This document shows positions 12,003 through 23,296 of a stretch of 64,000 bases of DNA, piece after piece. The translations under genes were made by a program, and so were the position numbers. Within the stretch, counting starts at the first letter, position 1. Each line of letters starts with the position of its first letter. The DNA is taken from the NCBI GenBank assembly GCA_047495785.1, contig JBLDXI010000003.1:1302001-1366000 (forward strand). Direction: 5' to 3'. This DNA comes from Lepidodermella squamata. Lineage: Eukaryota; Animalia; Gastrotricha. The notes under the pieces were generated by a model. It did not search any database, was not told the DNA's origin, and worked only from the letters and a program-made list of their open reading frames with translations.

Positions 12003-13323
12003 GCCTTTCTAAAAGTGATTTGAAATAACGGGGAAACTGGGATGTTTACTTTTTATCGAGCATATTTATAAGCACATCCCTGGTGTCTGTGGTCTCTGGC
12101 TATCTGTCTATGATGTAATTTGTCGCGAAATTGTGTCGCGAAAGATAACGTTTCGGGTTACCATACAAAGCTATCTGCTATTTCCACACTTCGGACTTTG
12201 GCTTCTGCGGCTGCATCCAAGATACCTAAACCATTGTAAATTCAGTAAATTCATATATATTCGCATGAATGAATTGTCCGTTCACCGTTCATTCTATTCG
12301 AGGGGTGAATATTTGGCGAAGTACGAAGAAAATAAAGTTAAAATCAACCTGAGATTTGAACCATCTCAAAAGTTTCACTAATCCACTCCAGCAGAAATGA
12401 TCAAATCGAAATAGGTCGTCTCAGAACGGCAAATCAGGTGAACTTCAAGCTTCTCCTCTAACCTAGAGGCTTAGCGTCAGTCAAGAGCTATTTAGGGTAG
12501 TCACTATAATCCACTCGATCAGGTATATTATGACGTTTATTTCCTTTACTAAGCATTTTTCCTTACATCGCTCAATAAGCTGAAGCGTTTCCGAGACTCA
12601 ACACACCCACCATTGAAATTAAGTTGCCTAGTCTGTAAATTCGATATGTATTAGACAGGAAGTTGTTAAAATTTGTAGCTATTAAAATACCACCACTACG
12701 GTTTTGCCGTGAACCGATGTTAAGAGCGAAACGATTTTTTGAGAAATTTTATAGCAGGCTGTTTACTGATTAATGAATGCATCTATAGCTAGTAATTGCT
12801 CGCCAAATTTGACTAATCATTTGTTTTGCATTCGGATAAATACAACTTCTTCTCAATAAATCAATACCAGACAGTAAATCTATCGTTCTTATATTCTATA
12901 AAAACTGCCATTTTTTTCAAATCGGTACCGAAAAAAATGTCGCGAATAATGATGAATAGCCATGTCTGAATTATTGCGCTTAGGCGGCCTATTGCCCACA
13001 TTATTACCCTGGGGACTTGTTAGCGTTCATTTGGTCTGTTATTTTCCACGCACCGAAAAATCTCTGTGTATGTTCTCTGTGATAAATATTTAATACGCTT
13101 GTGTGTATGCGCAGTAAATTACGCGACTTTTATTTTAATACTGATGCAAGCAACAGAAGACTGAGCTCTTTATCGAACCAAGCTTATTTCTCAGCCCTGG
13201 GCTGTTTTACTATTACTCACAGCTGAACTAATTTCGTGAGGATAAGCCTTAAATTTACACCTGATTTTATTTTGCAGAAATAGAAAATTATGTGACGGAT
13301 ATTTTAGTAATGGCTGGAAAATA

Positions 13324-14637
13324 ATGATATTACGAAAAACATTCTTTCACCTCCTCAATTCTTTGATATATGCTGATTTCGCAATTGCAAATTGGCTCAC
13401 TGTTGGCGGTGATCAGGAACAGACTAGTTATCGACCCGAAAAGTTGGGCATAATCAATGCTGCTAGAGAATTATGGTCTTACTCAACTTCAAGCCTGAAA
13501 AATGCTGGATTAGGGCCTTTAGTCTTCAACGGCCAAATCTACGTCATATCTTCAAACGGGATTCTTCATATTTTAAATGAAGACGGCAATTTAGTTAGAG
13601 CTTTCGCCGTTGATAAAGACGGTATGGCTAGTCCTACTACTCAACTGATAGATGACGACAACAGGATCCTATTCATCGCAACTAGGGTGAAAATCTATGC
13701 TATTACTTTGAAACACGGCAAAGAGAGGACAATTTGGTCCACGTCAGCCAGTAACCCTTCTGCATTAGCCGTGAATTCTAAAATGAATTTCCTATTCGCT
13801 GTGATTGGCTCCTCGCCTCGTTTGATGGCCTATGACCTTCTATCCTCAACGCCTGGTAGGCTTCTACTGGGCAATAACGAAACAATCCGCATTTCTGTAT
13901 CTATGCTTTCTAATCATCGTTTATTCACTATAGCAACGGCAATTGAGTCAGGCAATGACTTCATAGCCGAACTAGAGACCAGTGGGAATTTCTCAGAGGT
14001 TTGGCGGGAGAATTTCGATGACCTCACCACAAATCGCCACGGGCCTATGTTAGCGGAGAATCTAGCTCTATTCAATAACAAAGCTCAAATTGTAGCTATC
14101 GAAGTCGAAAACCTAGAGATTCTGTGGATGTCTAATGACGAAAGATGGACTCAATGCGCTAGGACCTCATCTCTAGCCACAGATAATGAATTTATCTATC
14201 GGGCGTGTCGAGATCGTATTTTCAAATACGAGATAACAACGGGGAAATTCGTAAGGAATTTTAGGGTGGATGCGTCGGGGTGGCATGCTCCTATCATCCT
14301 AGAAGACTCGATAATCTCGTTAGACTCAACTCGAGTTGCATTTCTTGACAAAGAATCTGGCATTGAGTCTGCTTCCATGTCTCTATCCGCGAGGGTGACG
14401 ACGCCGTTTGCGTACTCGCATGGCAAAATCTACGCATTTGCAAGCGATGATTGGATCTATGCGATTGAGCCATACTACCTCAGCACGAAACATATTACCT
14501 CTGATCTGACGAATGTTACGCAGACGCCTTATGTTCTCGTGAGATATTCTGATGGTTCCGGTGCCGCAGCTTCGTGTCAAACTTACAGAATACTTTCAAT
14601 CTTGTTATGTTTATTTTTGTCTTCGCTTGCTTTGTAA
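13324..14637 (+). CDS. PQQ/BamB-like beta-propeller protein 3 (GPI-like tail), intronless ORF
   Basis: NWLTVGGDQEQTSYRP motif, blades shared with paralogs, C-terminal ILSILLCLFLSSLAL after a small-residue stretch (GSGAAAS). Confidence 0.8.
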   Translation: MILRKTFFHLLNSLIYADFAIANWLTVGGDQEQTSYRPEKLGIINAARELWSYSTSSLKNAGLGPLVFNGQIYVISSNGILHILNEDGNLVRAFAVDKDGMASPTTQLIDDDNRILFIATRVKIYAITLKHGKERTIWSTSASNPSALAVNSKMNFLFAVIGSSPRLMAYDLLSSTPGRLLLGNNETIRISVSMLSNHRLFTIATAIESGNDFIAELETSGNFSEVWRENFDDLTTNRHGPMLAENLALFNNKAQIVAIEVENLEILWMSNDERWTQCARTSSLATDNEFIYRACRDRIFKYEITTGKFVRNFRVDASGWHAPIILEDSIISLDSTRVAFLDKESGIESASMSLSARVTTPFAYSHGKIYAFASDDWIYAIEPYYLSTKHITSDLTNVTQTPYVLVRYSDGSGAAASCQTYRILSILLCLFLSSLAL

Positions 14638-14719
14638 TAATGATGGGCATGCTTTGAAAAGGAAACTTGGATGAATAAAGAGGAAACCGGTTGTAATTGT
14701 CAGTTTGTTTCCCCAGAAT

Positions 14720-15124
14720 TCAAACGCGGACCCGCGTTAATCCTGTGTGAACGCGGATAAAATTATCAAGTCGTTCATCAACGGTGGGCCAAATGCGTTT
14801 CCACGAGCGGTTGCTGACTTCGAAGGCGTCCTCTCGTTCTACGCCAGCGTTATCGGTTACCGCAACTCGCGCTTTGACTCGCTTGTTTTTCGGCCCGACA
14901 AGCGGATAAATGTCTTCGCAGGTCATGATGTAGTAGGCGTAGCGGTCTTCGGAGTGCGATCGTGGCTCGTCACAGCCCCAGCGCTCGCGGCCAGTTAGAT
15001 AAACGGCTATTTTCGGCCACAAGGCCTGAGCTACTTGAGCAGCTACTTGAACAGCTTGACCAGCTACCGGTTCGTCCAACATTACAATGACAACAATGAC
15101 GGAGAGAATAGCTGCCTTGATCAT
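14720..15124 (-). CDS. Secreted 134-aa two-Cys protein, ALF (anti-LPS factor)-like, copy 1
   Basis: Signal peptide, predicted mature N-terminus QAVQVAAQVAQALW, one Cys pair; three near-identical intact copies in the window. The ALF resemblance is by eye only. Confidence 0.75.
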   Translation of the reverse strand: MIKAAILSVIVVIVMLDEPVAGQAVQVAAQVAQALWPKIAVYLTGRERWGCDEPRSHSEDRYAYYIMTCEDIYPLVGPKNKRVKARVAVTDNAGVEREDAFEVSNRSWKRIWPTVDERLDNFIRVHTGLTRVRV

Positions 15125-15715
15125 GTTTGCTGTAAGAGATTATTTCGAAAAATATTTTCAAGATTCGAGTTGCTCGAAATTCTTGCATTCTCCATGGCTA
15201 TTTATCAGCAGAAAAGCGTGGCGATTCGTAAAAAGCTAGAATGCTGAAATTAATCAACCTCACGATTAATAAAAAACGTGTCATGCACATGAATCAGCTT
15301 CACACTTTTTGTCAGCTTTTTGTGGCAAGTTTTCGGAGAAAAACAGTAAAATTAGAAGAAAAGCACCATTGGCAATATTAACGCATCATGTAGCCGTAAA
15401 TTCAAGGTATCGAAGTTCGTATTGAATGTTAGCTAGGATTCCAGAAGTAAAATCAAATCAATCGGCGTAACATAAGCAACTGTCTCAGTCCATATTATGA
15501 AATTTTTTGCATGGAGAATATTGCGCTGAGTTTTTTCCAATGAGTTTGGTTTGGAGGGTCAACCTTTTGAATATATATATTCAAAAAATCACGTAGAGCA
15601 AGGCAAGAGTAAACAGTGATCCTTTAGACACAACAAAAGCATGAATAGATTCACATCTCCTACGCAACATTAGTCTGGAATTCCAACAATGAAAATTTTC
15701 TGTAATGTAACAATG

Positions 15716-15881
15716 CAGGGCTGCAAAACATGCGAAACACCTAGTGCGCGGGAAATTCGGCCGGCAGCCGGAAATTTTCGAAAAATTACTGTAAATTGCA
15801 GGAAAATTCGCTGAAATGGGTCAAAATAAGCGGGAAATTCTGAGAAAGTGTGCGGGAAATGTAGCAGATTTTGCAGCCCTG
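15716..15881. mobile_element. hAT-type MITE (family A, copy 2)
   Basis: TIRs CAGGGCTGCAAAA...TTTTGCAGCCCTG, 8-bp TSD TAACAATG. Confidence 0.9.
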
Positions 15882-15935
15882 TAACAATGTTGGATGAATC
15901 GAACGCGCTGAATCGAACAGCTTACAATGCCTATA

Positions 15936-16113
15936 CAGGATGACCAAAACATTCCGCAGAGCGGGAATTCGCCGCGCATCAATTTAATGAGGAGTTTTAG
16001 AAGTTGAAGAATTTCAAGCACTCTTTTGCCAATGGAACTCCTCAATTTCTTGAAACTCCTCATTAAATTGATGCGCGGCGAATTCCCGCTCTGCGGAATG
16101 TTTTGGCCACCCT
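15936..16113. mobile_element. Palindromic (foldback) MITE, Tc1/mariner-like ends
   Basis: About 60-bp near-perfect inverted arms (CCAAAACATTCCGCAGAGCGGGAATTCGCCGCGCATCAATTTAATGAGGAGTTT and its reverse complement) around a short spacer; TA on the left flank. Confidence 0.8.
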
Positions 16114-16248
16114 TTAGCTTCTTAATTCTTTATTGATTGCCTTTCCAAACCTGATATCGTGCTTACTCGGATGAGCAAACAGACTTTATTTTCGCACCTT
16201 TATTCCATCTTTATTTAGAGCTGCACCTGAAGCTACAGTTTGCACAAT

Positions 16249-17599
16249 ATGTACTTGATTGCTCTCATTGCCACCACTTTAATTGCACTCAAAAGCTGCG
16301 ACGCCTGCCACAACATCGCAACTGCCTTCCAATACCTACCTGTATATTACCGCGAAAGTAAAGTCAAACCTACCAACCTCGAGAAAGCTGCTTGTCTGGG
16401 TGAGAGATTACCCAATATTGCAAATGCTCAGATATCTGAACCAAAATGGCTGGAAGTTTTGTATGCCATTGAATTTCTATGCAATTTTGGCACACTGCCA
16501 AGTGGACCGAGAACAGTAGCTCTTTGCTATCCATACTCAAACTCGACTTGGCATTTCTTTGGATCATGCGGCATTGGTAATCCTAATGATTCATTGGATA
16601 AGCGATGTGATTGTTTGCTTGTTAAGGTTTCCCGAAACTTTACCCGAAATGTGGCGATCCCGTTGTTGAAAATGGAAGGGTGTTCTCTGGATCGAACGAC
16701 GTAGGAAGCATCCGTGAATTCGAATGTAATTCCGGCTACGATATGACTGGTAAATCGTACCTAGCATGTGATATCGATCAGAAATGGTTCATGGCGGGTA
16801 AATGCATGCCAAGATTTTCTGGTGAGAAAATTCATGGGAATTCTGTCCATTATTTTTTGATTTTTTTCAGGTAAAATCCCTGAAGCAGTCACAAGAGGTA
16901 TTATCAGTTTTGCTAACATTAAAATATCTTTCAACTTGGGTGATAGGACCTCGGGAAGTCACAACGCAGCCATCCGTTAAGAAAAGAGCCCCTCCTGCTG
17001 TTGAAAGGTGCAATTGCAGCGGTAAGGACTCGCCACAGCTTCTGAGAGCGATTTCAATGAGAAATTACACCGCGGTCAACATGCTACTGACTTCCGGCTC
17101 TGCCAGTTACGGGACGAAGATGAGGGGGCATTCAGCTTTCAGCTTAGCCGCAAATTCCGGGGATCCTAAGATACTCTCGGTCTTCCTCAACTGTACCATC
17201 TGCTTCGATTTAGAGGCAACTGACCCCTTCAATTCAACAGCTATAATTCTTGTGGCGAAACAGCGTGATCAGCCGAAAATTTTGAACCTTTTGATAAATT
17301 CTGGAGTTGATTTAAGAGCATTCAATAACTACAACATGACTGCTCTTCATTACGCGGCTACGTATGGCTACGTTGGGAATACGAGAGCTTTATTAGGTAA
17401 TTCAACCGAAATGATAAATTATCAGAACAAGGATGGAAACACAGCTCTCCATCTCGCTGTCAAATGGAACCATGCTCCTATTGCAAAGGTGCTAATTGAG
17501 AAAGGAGCTGTCAAAAACATAAAAAATACTGAAGATCTTACACCTTTAGATTACGCTGTGAAAGCTAACAATACTGAAATCTCCGACATTTTTACTTGA
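16249..17599 (+). CDS. Secreted Sushi/CCP x2 + ankyrin-repeat protein; exons 16249-16576, 16627-16821, 16871-16897, 16947-17599
   Basis: Signal peptide; two CCP-like modules (C..LPNIANA..FLCNFG..C..W...C and CGDPVVENG..FECNSGY..C..W....C) separated by phase-1 introns; then ankyrin repeats (TALHYAA, GNTALHLAV, TPLDYA). Confidence 0.75.
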
Positions 17600-18193
17600 A
17601 TAGGAAATATTTATCTCAACAAATAATTTAGTGCCTTTCGAATAAATTACTGCTGCCATATTTCTGCCACGTGAGCCTGCCATCACTCTCAACGATATAC
17701 GAATGGTTGACCGGAATGTAAAAATTGCTGATAAATATTTCAAAGTCACCATCGGCCTTGCGCTTAGCCACTGTCAGATAAGCTGTTCTGATCAATTGCT
17801 GGAAACAACGAGCCAAGTAACGCTTTCACCAGCCGCGAAGTTGGCAGAGAGGTTTTGACTGAGAGTTAGACTCGATTCCTCAGAAGAAATTTCCGAGTCT
17901 CTCATAAGTAAGACGAAAACAAAGAGAATAAATGGAAATGAAGCTTTTTCGCACTATGTACAAGTTTTTTAGATGTTCACATCAGGGCGCCACTTTCTGA
18001 AGGACAAGTTTTTCTGCTCATGACGCGGAACGACTAAACAGCTTTGCCAAATCCTTCGTGGATTTTAGCAACTACCTAACTACCGAACTTTGAATTGGAA
18101 GTTTTGAGATGAACAATTCCGAATGTTAGGATCACTTGAAAAAACATCGACAAAAATTGCTTTTACTCATCATGATTCCGCTTATTTCAGACC

Positions 18194-18225
18194 CATAGAG
18201 AATAAAGGTAACTCTATTCTCTATG
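18194..18225. mobile_element. 32-bp micro-MITE
   Basis: 11-bp TIR CATAGAGAATA/TATTCTCTATG flanked by perfect 8-bp direct repeat TTCAGACC. Confidence 0.75.
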
Positions 18226-18253
18226 TTCAGACCCTTCCATGTTTCATGTATAT

Positions 18254-19405
18254 TCAAGAAATGCGCAGCGCATACAATACATTAGCAAGCGAATGACCGT
18301 AGATCATGCCATCATAATACGACCACGGAGCGTAGCCAGTGTAATCAGTTTGATTGTACGAAGTTGTAATCTGGCCAGTTGTTTTGTCAACAGCCACAAC
18401 ACCATAAGTTGTCGGCACAATGATCGAATTTTCTAGAACTATTGGAGCAGCCGAACCTTCAGCTCCATTTAGAGGCGCAGTTTTCTCTAGTTTCCCGTTG
18501 GCCGCGTTGTAGATCACCAATGCTTTATAGCAAGTTTGGTAGACAAACTTGTCATCAGCTGATAGATGTTCAGCTATCATCCAATGTTCGCTGGGTGCGT
18601 AGGATTTCCATAGAGTCATGCCATCGTTCAACGAAATAGCTGCTACAACTGAATTATCATTTACTATTACCTTATCCTTAGCGCATATCGGGGTGAGATG
18701 GATCAGATCAGTCTGTGTTGGCAATGTCCAAAATTTAGCTCCATCGCCAGAGTTGAGCTTGCTCAAAGCTTGTGAGAAGAAACCTTCAGTGAAAATCGCC
18801 CCATTTCTCTGGCACATGTGCTTAGGATTCTCGATTTCGTCCACGTTTGAACCATAACCTGTTACTATCGCCCCTGTGCTAATGTCGTAGGCGATTGGTT
18901 TCCGTTCATCCCAATCCCATACGATCAGCCGCTTCTTATCTGTATCAATGGTGAAATCAGCTTTCACACCTCGGTACCCAGTAGACCATAAAACTCGTTC
19001 TGAACCTACTGATCGAACATCGATGGCGTAGATGAGTTCCCTTTCAACTAGAACCGCGACCAGAATGCCTCGAACGGAGTCGATCGCCAATTGTCTGGTG
19101 ACACATTTCCTTGCCTCAGGAAGTTGAAGCGAAGCTGATAGTTTGCCAGTTTTAGCGTTCAGAATATGGAGTTTGCCATAGGTTCCAAGGTAGTAGACAT
19201 TTCCGTTGTATATAACAGTTTGCCGAATACTGTCAGAGTCATACTCACCACCAACAGCAGCAGACCAAGCTAGTTCGATTCGGGTTATCTTCCCTGTTTT
19301 CTCAGGCCTGTAGCCAGTTCGATCGAAGTCGCCGCCGTAGGAGACCCAGTTTTTAGCGGCATAGCCCGATCCGCAGATTATTGCAAGGATTATTAAAGCC
19401 TTCAT
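18254..19405 (-). CDS. PQQ/BamB-like beta-propeller protein 4 (soluble, secreted), intronless
   Basis: MKALIILAIICGSGYA signal, NWVSYGGDFDRTGYRP, blades LNAKTGKL, DGMTLW, NAANGKL, VDKTTGQ; ends at the last blade. Confidence 0.85.
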   Translation of the reverse strand: MKALIILAIICGSGYAAKNWVSYGGDFDRTGYRPEKTGKITRIELAWSAAVGGEYDSDSIRQTVIYNGNVYYLGTYGKLHILNAKTGKLSASLQLPEARKCVTRQLAIDSVRGILVAVLVERELIYAIDVRSVGSERVLWSTGYRGVKADFTIDTDKKRLIVWDWDERKPIAYDISTGAIVTGYGSNVDEIENPKHMCQRNGAIFTEGFFSQALSKLNSGDGAKFWTLPTQTDLIHLTPICAKDKVIVNDNSVVAAISLNDGMTLWKSYAPSEHWMIAEHLSADDKFVYQTCYKALVIYNAANGKLEKTAPLNGAEGSAAPIVLENSIIVPTTYGVVAVDKTTGQITTSYNQTDYTGYAPWSYYDGMIYGHSLANVLYALRIS

Positions 19406-19578
19406 TTTTCTCGTAATGAGGTAGTGTGGCACCTATGCCACTTTATCAATAGGTGAAATGTACCCAAGATAACGTTGGGGACTATGTAAACACAGATTAA
19501 AACAGTCACGTGACATCACCTTTGACTGCACGGAATTCCCAGAGAATTTATCAGATAGACCGCAGAACGGCATACGCA

Positions 19579-20440
19579 GCAAAATCTGCGCGATTACTTT
19601 GAAACACGGGAAAGAGAAGACAATTTGGTCTCACTCAGCCAGTAATCCTTCTGCATTGGCCGTGAATTCTAAAATGAATTTCCTATTCGCTGTGATTGGC
19701 TCTTCGCCTCGTTTGATGGTCTATGACCTTCTATCCACAACGTCTGGCAGGCTTCTACTGGGCAATAACGAAAAAATCCGCATTACTGTATCTATGCTTT
19801 CTGATCATAGACAACTCCATACACATCGGAAACTAGCGATCTTCCTATAGTAAATAAATTCACACCAAAACGTGAAAAAGTGGGCACACGACCTTCACTT
19901 TTATTCACTCATCGCCCCATCCGCCCATTGTAATTTTTCGGATGTTTTATTATTTTCTAAAATTCCATGAGAAAAAGCTTCATTTCCGACAAATTTCAAA
20001 CACATTTTCCGAAATGCTAGAAGCACTCCTCTATCGAATGAGTCCCGTCTCATGAGACGGTTTTTTTCTACCTTTTTCAAATTGTCTCAAAGTTGGTCAC
20101 TTCTGTGAAAAATCGCCATTTCAAGAGTTTTTCCTGACGGTAAACCTTTTCATTTGGACCGAAAAATTCCGAGAAAAATACTATGATCTTATTTGATTTT
20201 TGCTCTATCCAACTTCATAGCCGACCTAGAGACCAATGGGAATTTCTCAGAGGTTTGGCGGGAGAATTTCGATGACCTCACCACAAATCGCCACGGGCCT
20301 ATGTTAGCAGAGAATTTAGCTCTATTCAATAACAAAGCTCAAATTGTAGCTATTGAAGTCGAAAACCTAGAGATTCTGTGGAGACAGATGGACTCAATGC
20401 GCTATGATGCGCTAGAACTTCACTCCTAGCAACAGATAAC
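19579..20440 (+). pseudogene. Fragmented near-identical partial copy of beta-propeller gene 13324-14637 with an insertion of about 400 bp
   Basis: 19579-19808 matches about 13690-13917 and 20212-20440 matches about 13958-14190 with deletions; unrelated sequence lies between. Confidence 0.85.
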
Positions 20441-20580
20441 GATTTCCCAAAATATATATTCTGACAGATACCGTAACGCCATTTGACGATTATTTAATTT
20501 GCCAGATTTTATTGACCAAGATATCATATATGCAAGCGTTTAGGCCATAGATCACTCCCTTCTCTATGGTTTAATCAGGT

Positions 20581-21726
20581 TCATTCATGCAAGCTGACCG
20601 CCACAACGGTATTACGGGCATCAACACTGAACAGCATTTTGTTGGAATAGGCCCACTCAGCTCCAGTACCTTTAGCCGACACATCATACCTGAAAAGCTC
20701 GTACAGCCCTTTGGTATAAACTATTATGCCGCTCGATGTGCCCGAAATTATGACATCGTCCGTGACAATTGTGTTAGCGGTAAACACATCACCGCCGGTC
20801 AACTTAACGCTGTTGCTGAGGGAGCCATCTTTCAGGTTGTAGGCGTACATGCTGAAATCACAGGTTCTGTAAGCGTAAGTCGCATCTGCCGCAGACATGG
20901 TGGAATATTTGCAATTATTCTCCACCTTGTTGGTCGTGGTCCACTGTGCAACTTGAGAATCCATGTTGACTGCGATTGTTGTTGTGCTGTTGTGAGTGAT
21001 AATCAAGTTGTTCGCAATCTGCGGCCCGCCTGGGACGAAGGGGTCGGTAAACGTTAGCTGGTAACGCCAAAGTGAATGGCCACTTCTAGTGTCATACTCG
21101 CGGAGCGCTCTGTCGTTCATAATAGCCATCAGCCGCTGTTTAACGTCCATCGCGAGGCCCGTGGGGATAGCTTGTCTATCAACATCGAAATTGCCAACTT
21201 TATTTCCAGTCTTTAGGTCGAAAGCGTGGATTCTTCCATCTGAATTGTACGGCACCGCGAATACCAGGTTGAGCGGAGAGCTGACCACTGGCTCGTAGAA
21301 GTAACCTTCAACCGACCACATGACCGTTGCCTTGGCCAGATCGACAGCGTAGAGTTTACCGGTGCTGAAAGCTGTAAGAAGGATTCCAGATTCGATCACG
21401 GTGTAACGCTTCGGGACGTTGTAAGCTGCTGTGTCAATCACAAGCTGGGTGACTGGTGTGCCAGTTTCAACTTCGAGACCGTACAAAATACCGAATGGGT
21501 TGACGTAATAGACGACGCCATTGTATACCAAGGTACGCTCATAAAAGCCTTGAACACCCCTGCCAGTAGGGAAGGTCCAGGCTAGTTTAGCGCTTCGAAC
21601 ATTTCCTGTGCTTTCAGGTTGGTAATACGTATGGGCGAAGTTGCCTCCAGTCGCGATCCAATCGTTTGGCGCAGCTTGGATAGCCAGGGCAGCTTGAATT
21701 GCTAACAGGGAAAGTGAGAGGATCAT
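20581..21726 (-). CDS. PQQ/BamB-like beta-propeller protein 5 (soluble, secreted), intronless
   Basis: Signal peptide, DWIATGGNFAHTYY, blades LYAVDLAKATVMW, IHAFDLKTG, YDTRSGHSLW, YNLKDG. Confidence 0.85.
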   Translation of the reverse strand: MILSLSLLAIQAALAIQAAPNDWIATGGNFAHTYYQPESTGNVRSAKLAWTFPTGRGVQGFYERTLVYNGVVYYVNPFGILYGLEVETGTPVTQLVIDTAAYNVPKRYTVIESGILLTAFSTGKLYAVDLAKATVMWSVEGYFYEPVVSSPLNLVFAVPYNSDGRIHAFDLKTGNKVGNFDVDRQAIPTGLAMDVKQRLMAIMNDRALREYDTRSGHSLWRYQLTFTDPFVPGGPQIANNLIITHNSTTTIAVNMDSQVAQWTTTNKVENNCKYSTMSAADATYAYRTCDFSMYAYNLKDGSLSNSVKLTGGDVFTANTIVTDDVIISGTSSGIIVYTKGLYELFRYDVSAKGTGAEWAYSNKMLFSVDARNTVVAVSLHE

Positions 21727-22290
21727 TTTCAGGAATAACTACCAGATTCATGTGGCTATTGGGCTATTTATACTTGGAGAAAGCAATTATTGCCTGTCGG
21801 TCAAGAAAGCTTATCAGGGCATATTTGGCAGCACGCCCTATACTCTCACTCCCTGAGAATCAATAATAGGTTGAACTTCTATTTTTATAACAAATTAGGT
21901 GAACATTTTTGGCACGTAATATCGGTTAAAAAGTGTATCGATATGTCGAGCACACCTTTTTAACCACGGACCACAAGGAAATGGATACAAATGTAAACAA
22001 ACTCAGCCCATTATTGTCCAGAGTGTCCAGAGTATAATTAGGGCAAAGCAGATAAGCTTCTCCCACGCGTCGCGATGCAGCTGCAGTAACTCAGGCCCAC
22101 TCCACCGCAGGGCCAAATCTTCGAAATTCTGCGCACTAAGTTTCAGTACATTTACCTTCAGGGTTTCTACAGATGAAAAACGATAGCTTGGGTTTTGCCA
22201 AACTCTTGCCGGCAAGGAAGTCTATGGAAAACCACTTACCAAAAGTTTCTCTATTTGCATACCCTTTTATAGCGGCTGGTTTTAATTTTC

Positions 22291-22902
22291 CAGGGTGGCT
22301 GTTTCTACTGTAGAAACCTTTTTGGGTCGATGTATAAATGTATATACTAAGACAAAGAAAATGAAATCGATGTCGCTGAACACGATTTTGCTTTTAGAAT
22401 TTCCGTAACTATCACCGTTCCGAAGCTACGATTACTTCCGGTCATAATTACTTTTATGGCCCTACCATAAAAGTATACTTATACATAATTACTTTTATGG
22501 CCCTACCATAAAAGTATACCCAAAAGTCATACTCGGACCTGTTACACATGTTCTAGAGTAACTTTTCACGAGGAATTCAATGGTGCAAGCAGTTTATTTG
22601 TGAGAGCGACCTATAACGGTCTACGATACATTGCTTCTCGACTGTTCAAGCTTGCTCAACCACCATTGTGGTTCCTTTTACCGTGAAAAAAACTGGGAGC
22701 GAACGCCAAAAAATTGTCCCATAGTCACAACTTACGAAAACAAGCCATAAATAGGTGTAAATGGGGAACAAATCGGGCGAAAAATGAAGAAATACTTGAG
22801 GCGAATTATTTATATGTATATACATCAACTTTTTGGGGCGTGTATATACACATGTATATACACCATGTTTATACATTTCATGTTTATACATTGGCCACCC
22901 TG
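22291..22902. mobile_element. Probable non-autonomous DNA transposon
   Basis: Short TIR CAGGGTGGC...GCCACCCTG; internal 36-bp tandem duplication (22443-22519); TSD not clean. Confidence 0.45.
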
Positions 22903-23296
22903 AATAATTTTCTCCCCTTCGATTCTGTACACCAGAAAAGTATCACCTCAATTTATCTACCGAAAGCATGAATTTGGTTTCGGTATCTGAATTAGGGCGT
23001 TTTTTTCTGGTGTAAGGTGAAGGGATTAGAAATGCTCTCGGTTGCTCTTCAAGGCCTCCTCGCCTCGTCGTATTTGATCTACTCTTCTCAACTCGCCTCC
23101 TACACCGTTCAGTAAAGTTGAAACCGAATTAGCGATATAGGATGTTGGCATCATATGCGTAGTTTGGCTCCTGCCAATTGTGTACCTTTTAGCTGAATTT
23201 AGCTATAAGACCGGTTCGTTATAACCAAGGTGCACTGGAATTCAGATCATCACGGCAAAAAAGTCTAATGGTTGCGTAACATTGTTCAAACAATTT

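Noticed and set aside
14747-15247. Conserved antisense ORFs (83 aa, 61-70 aa) repeated at all three ALF-like copies
   Set aside because: Conservation is explained by recent DNA duplication; no independent coding signal.
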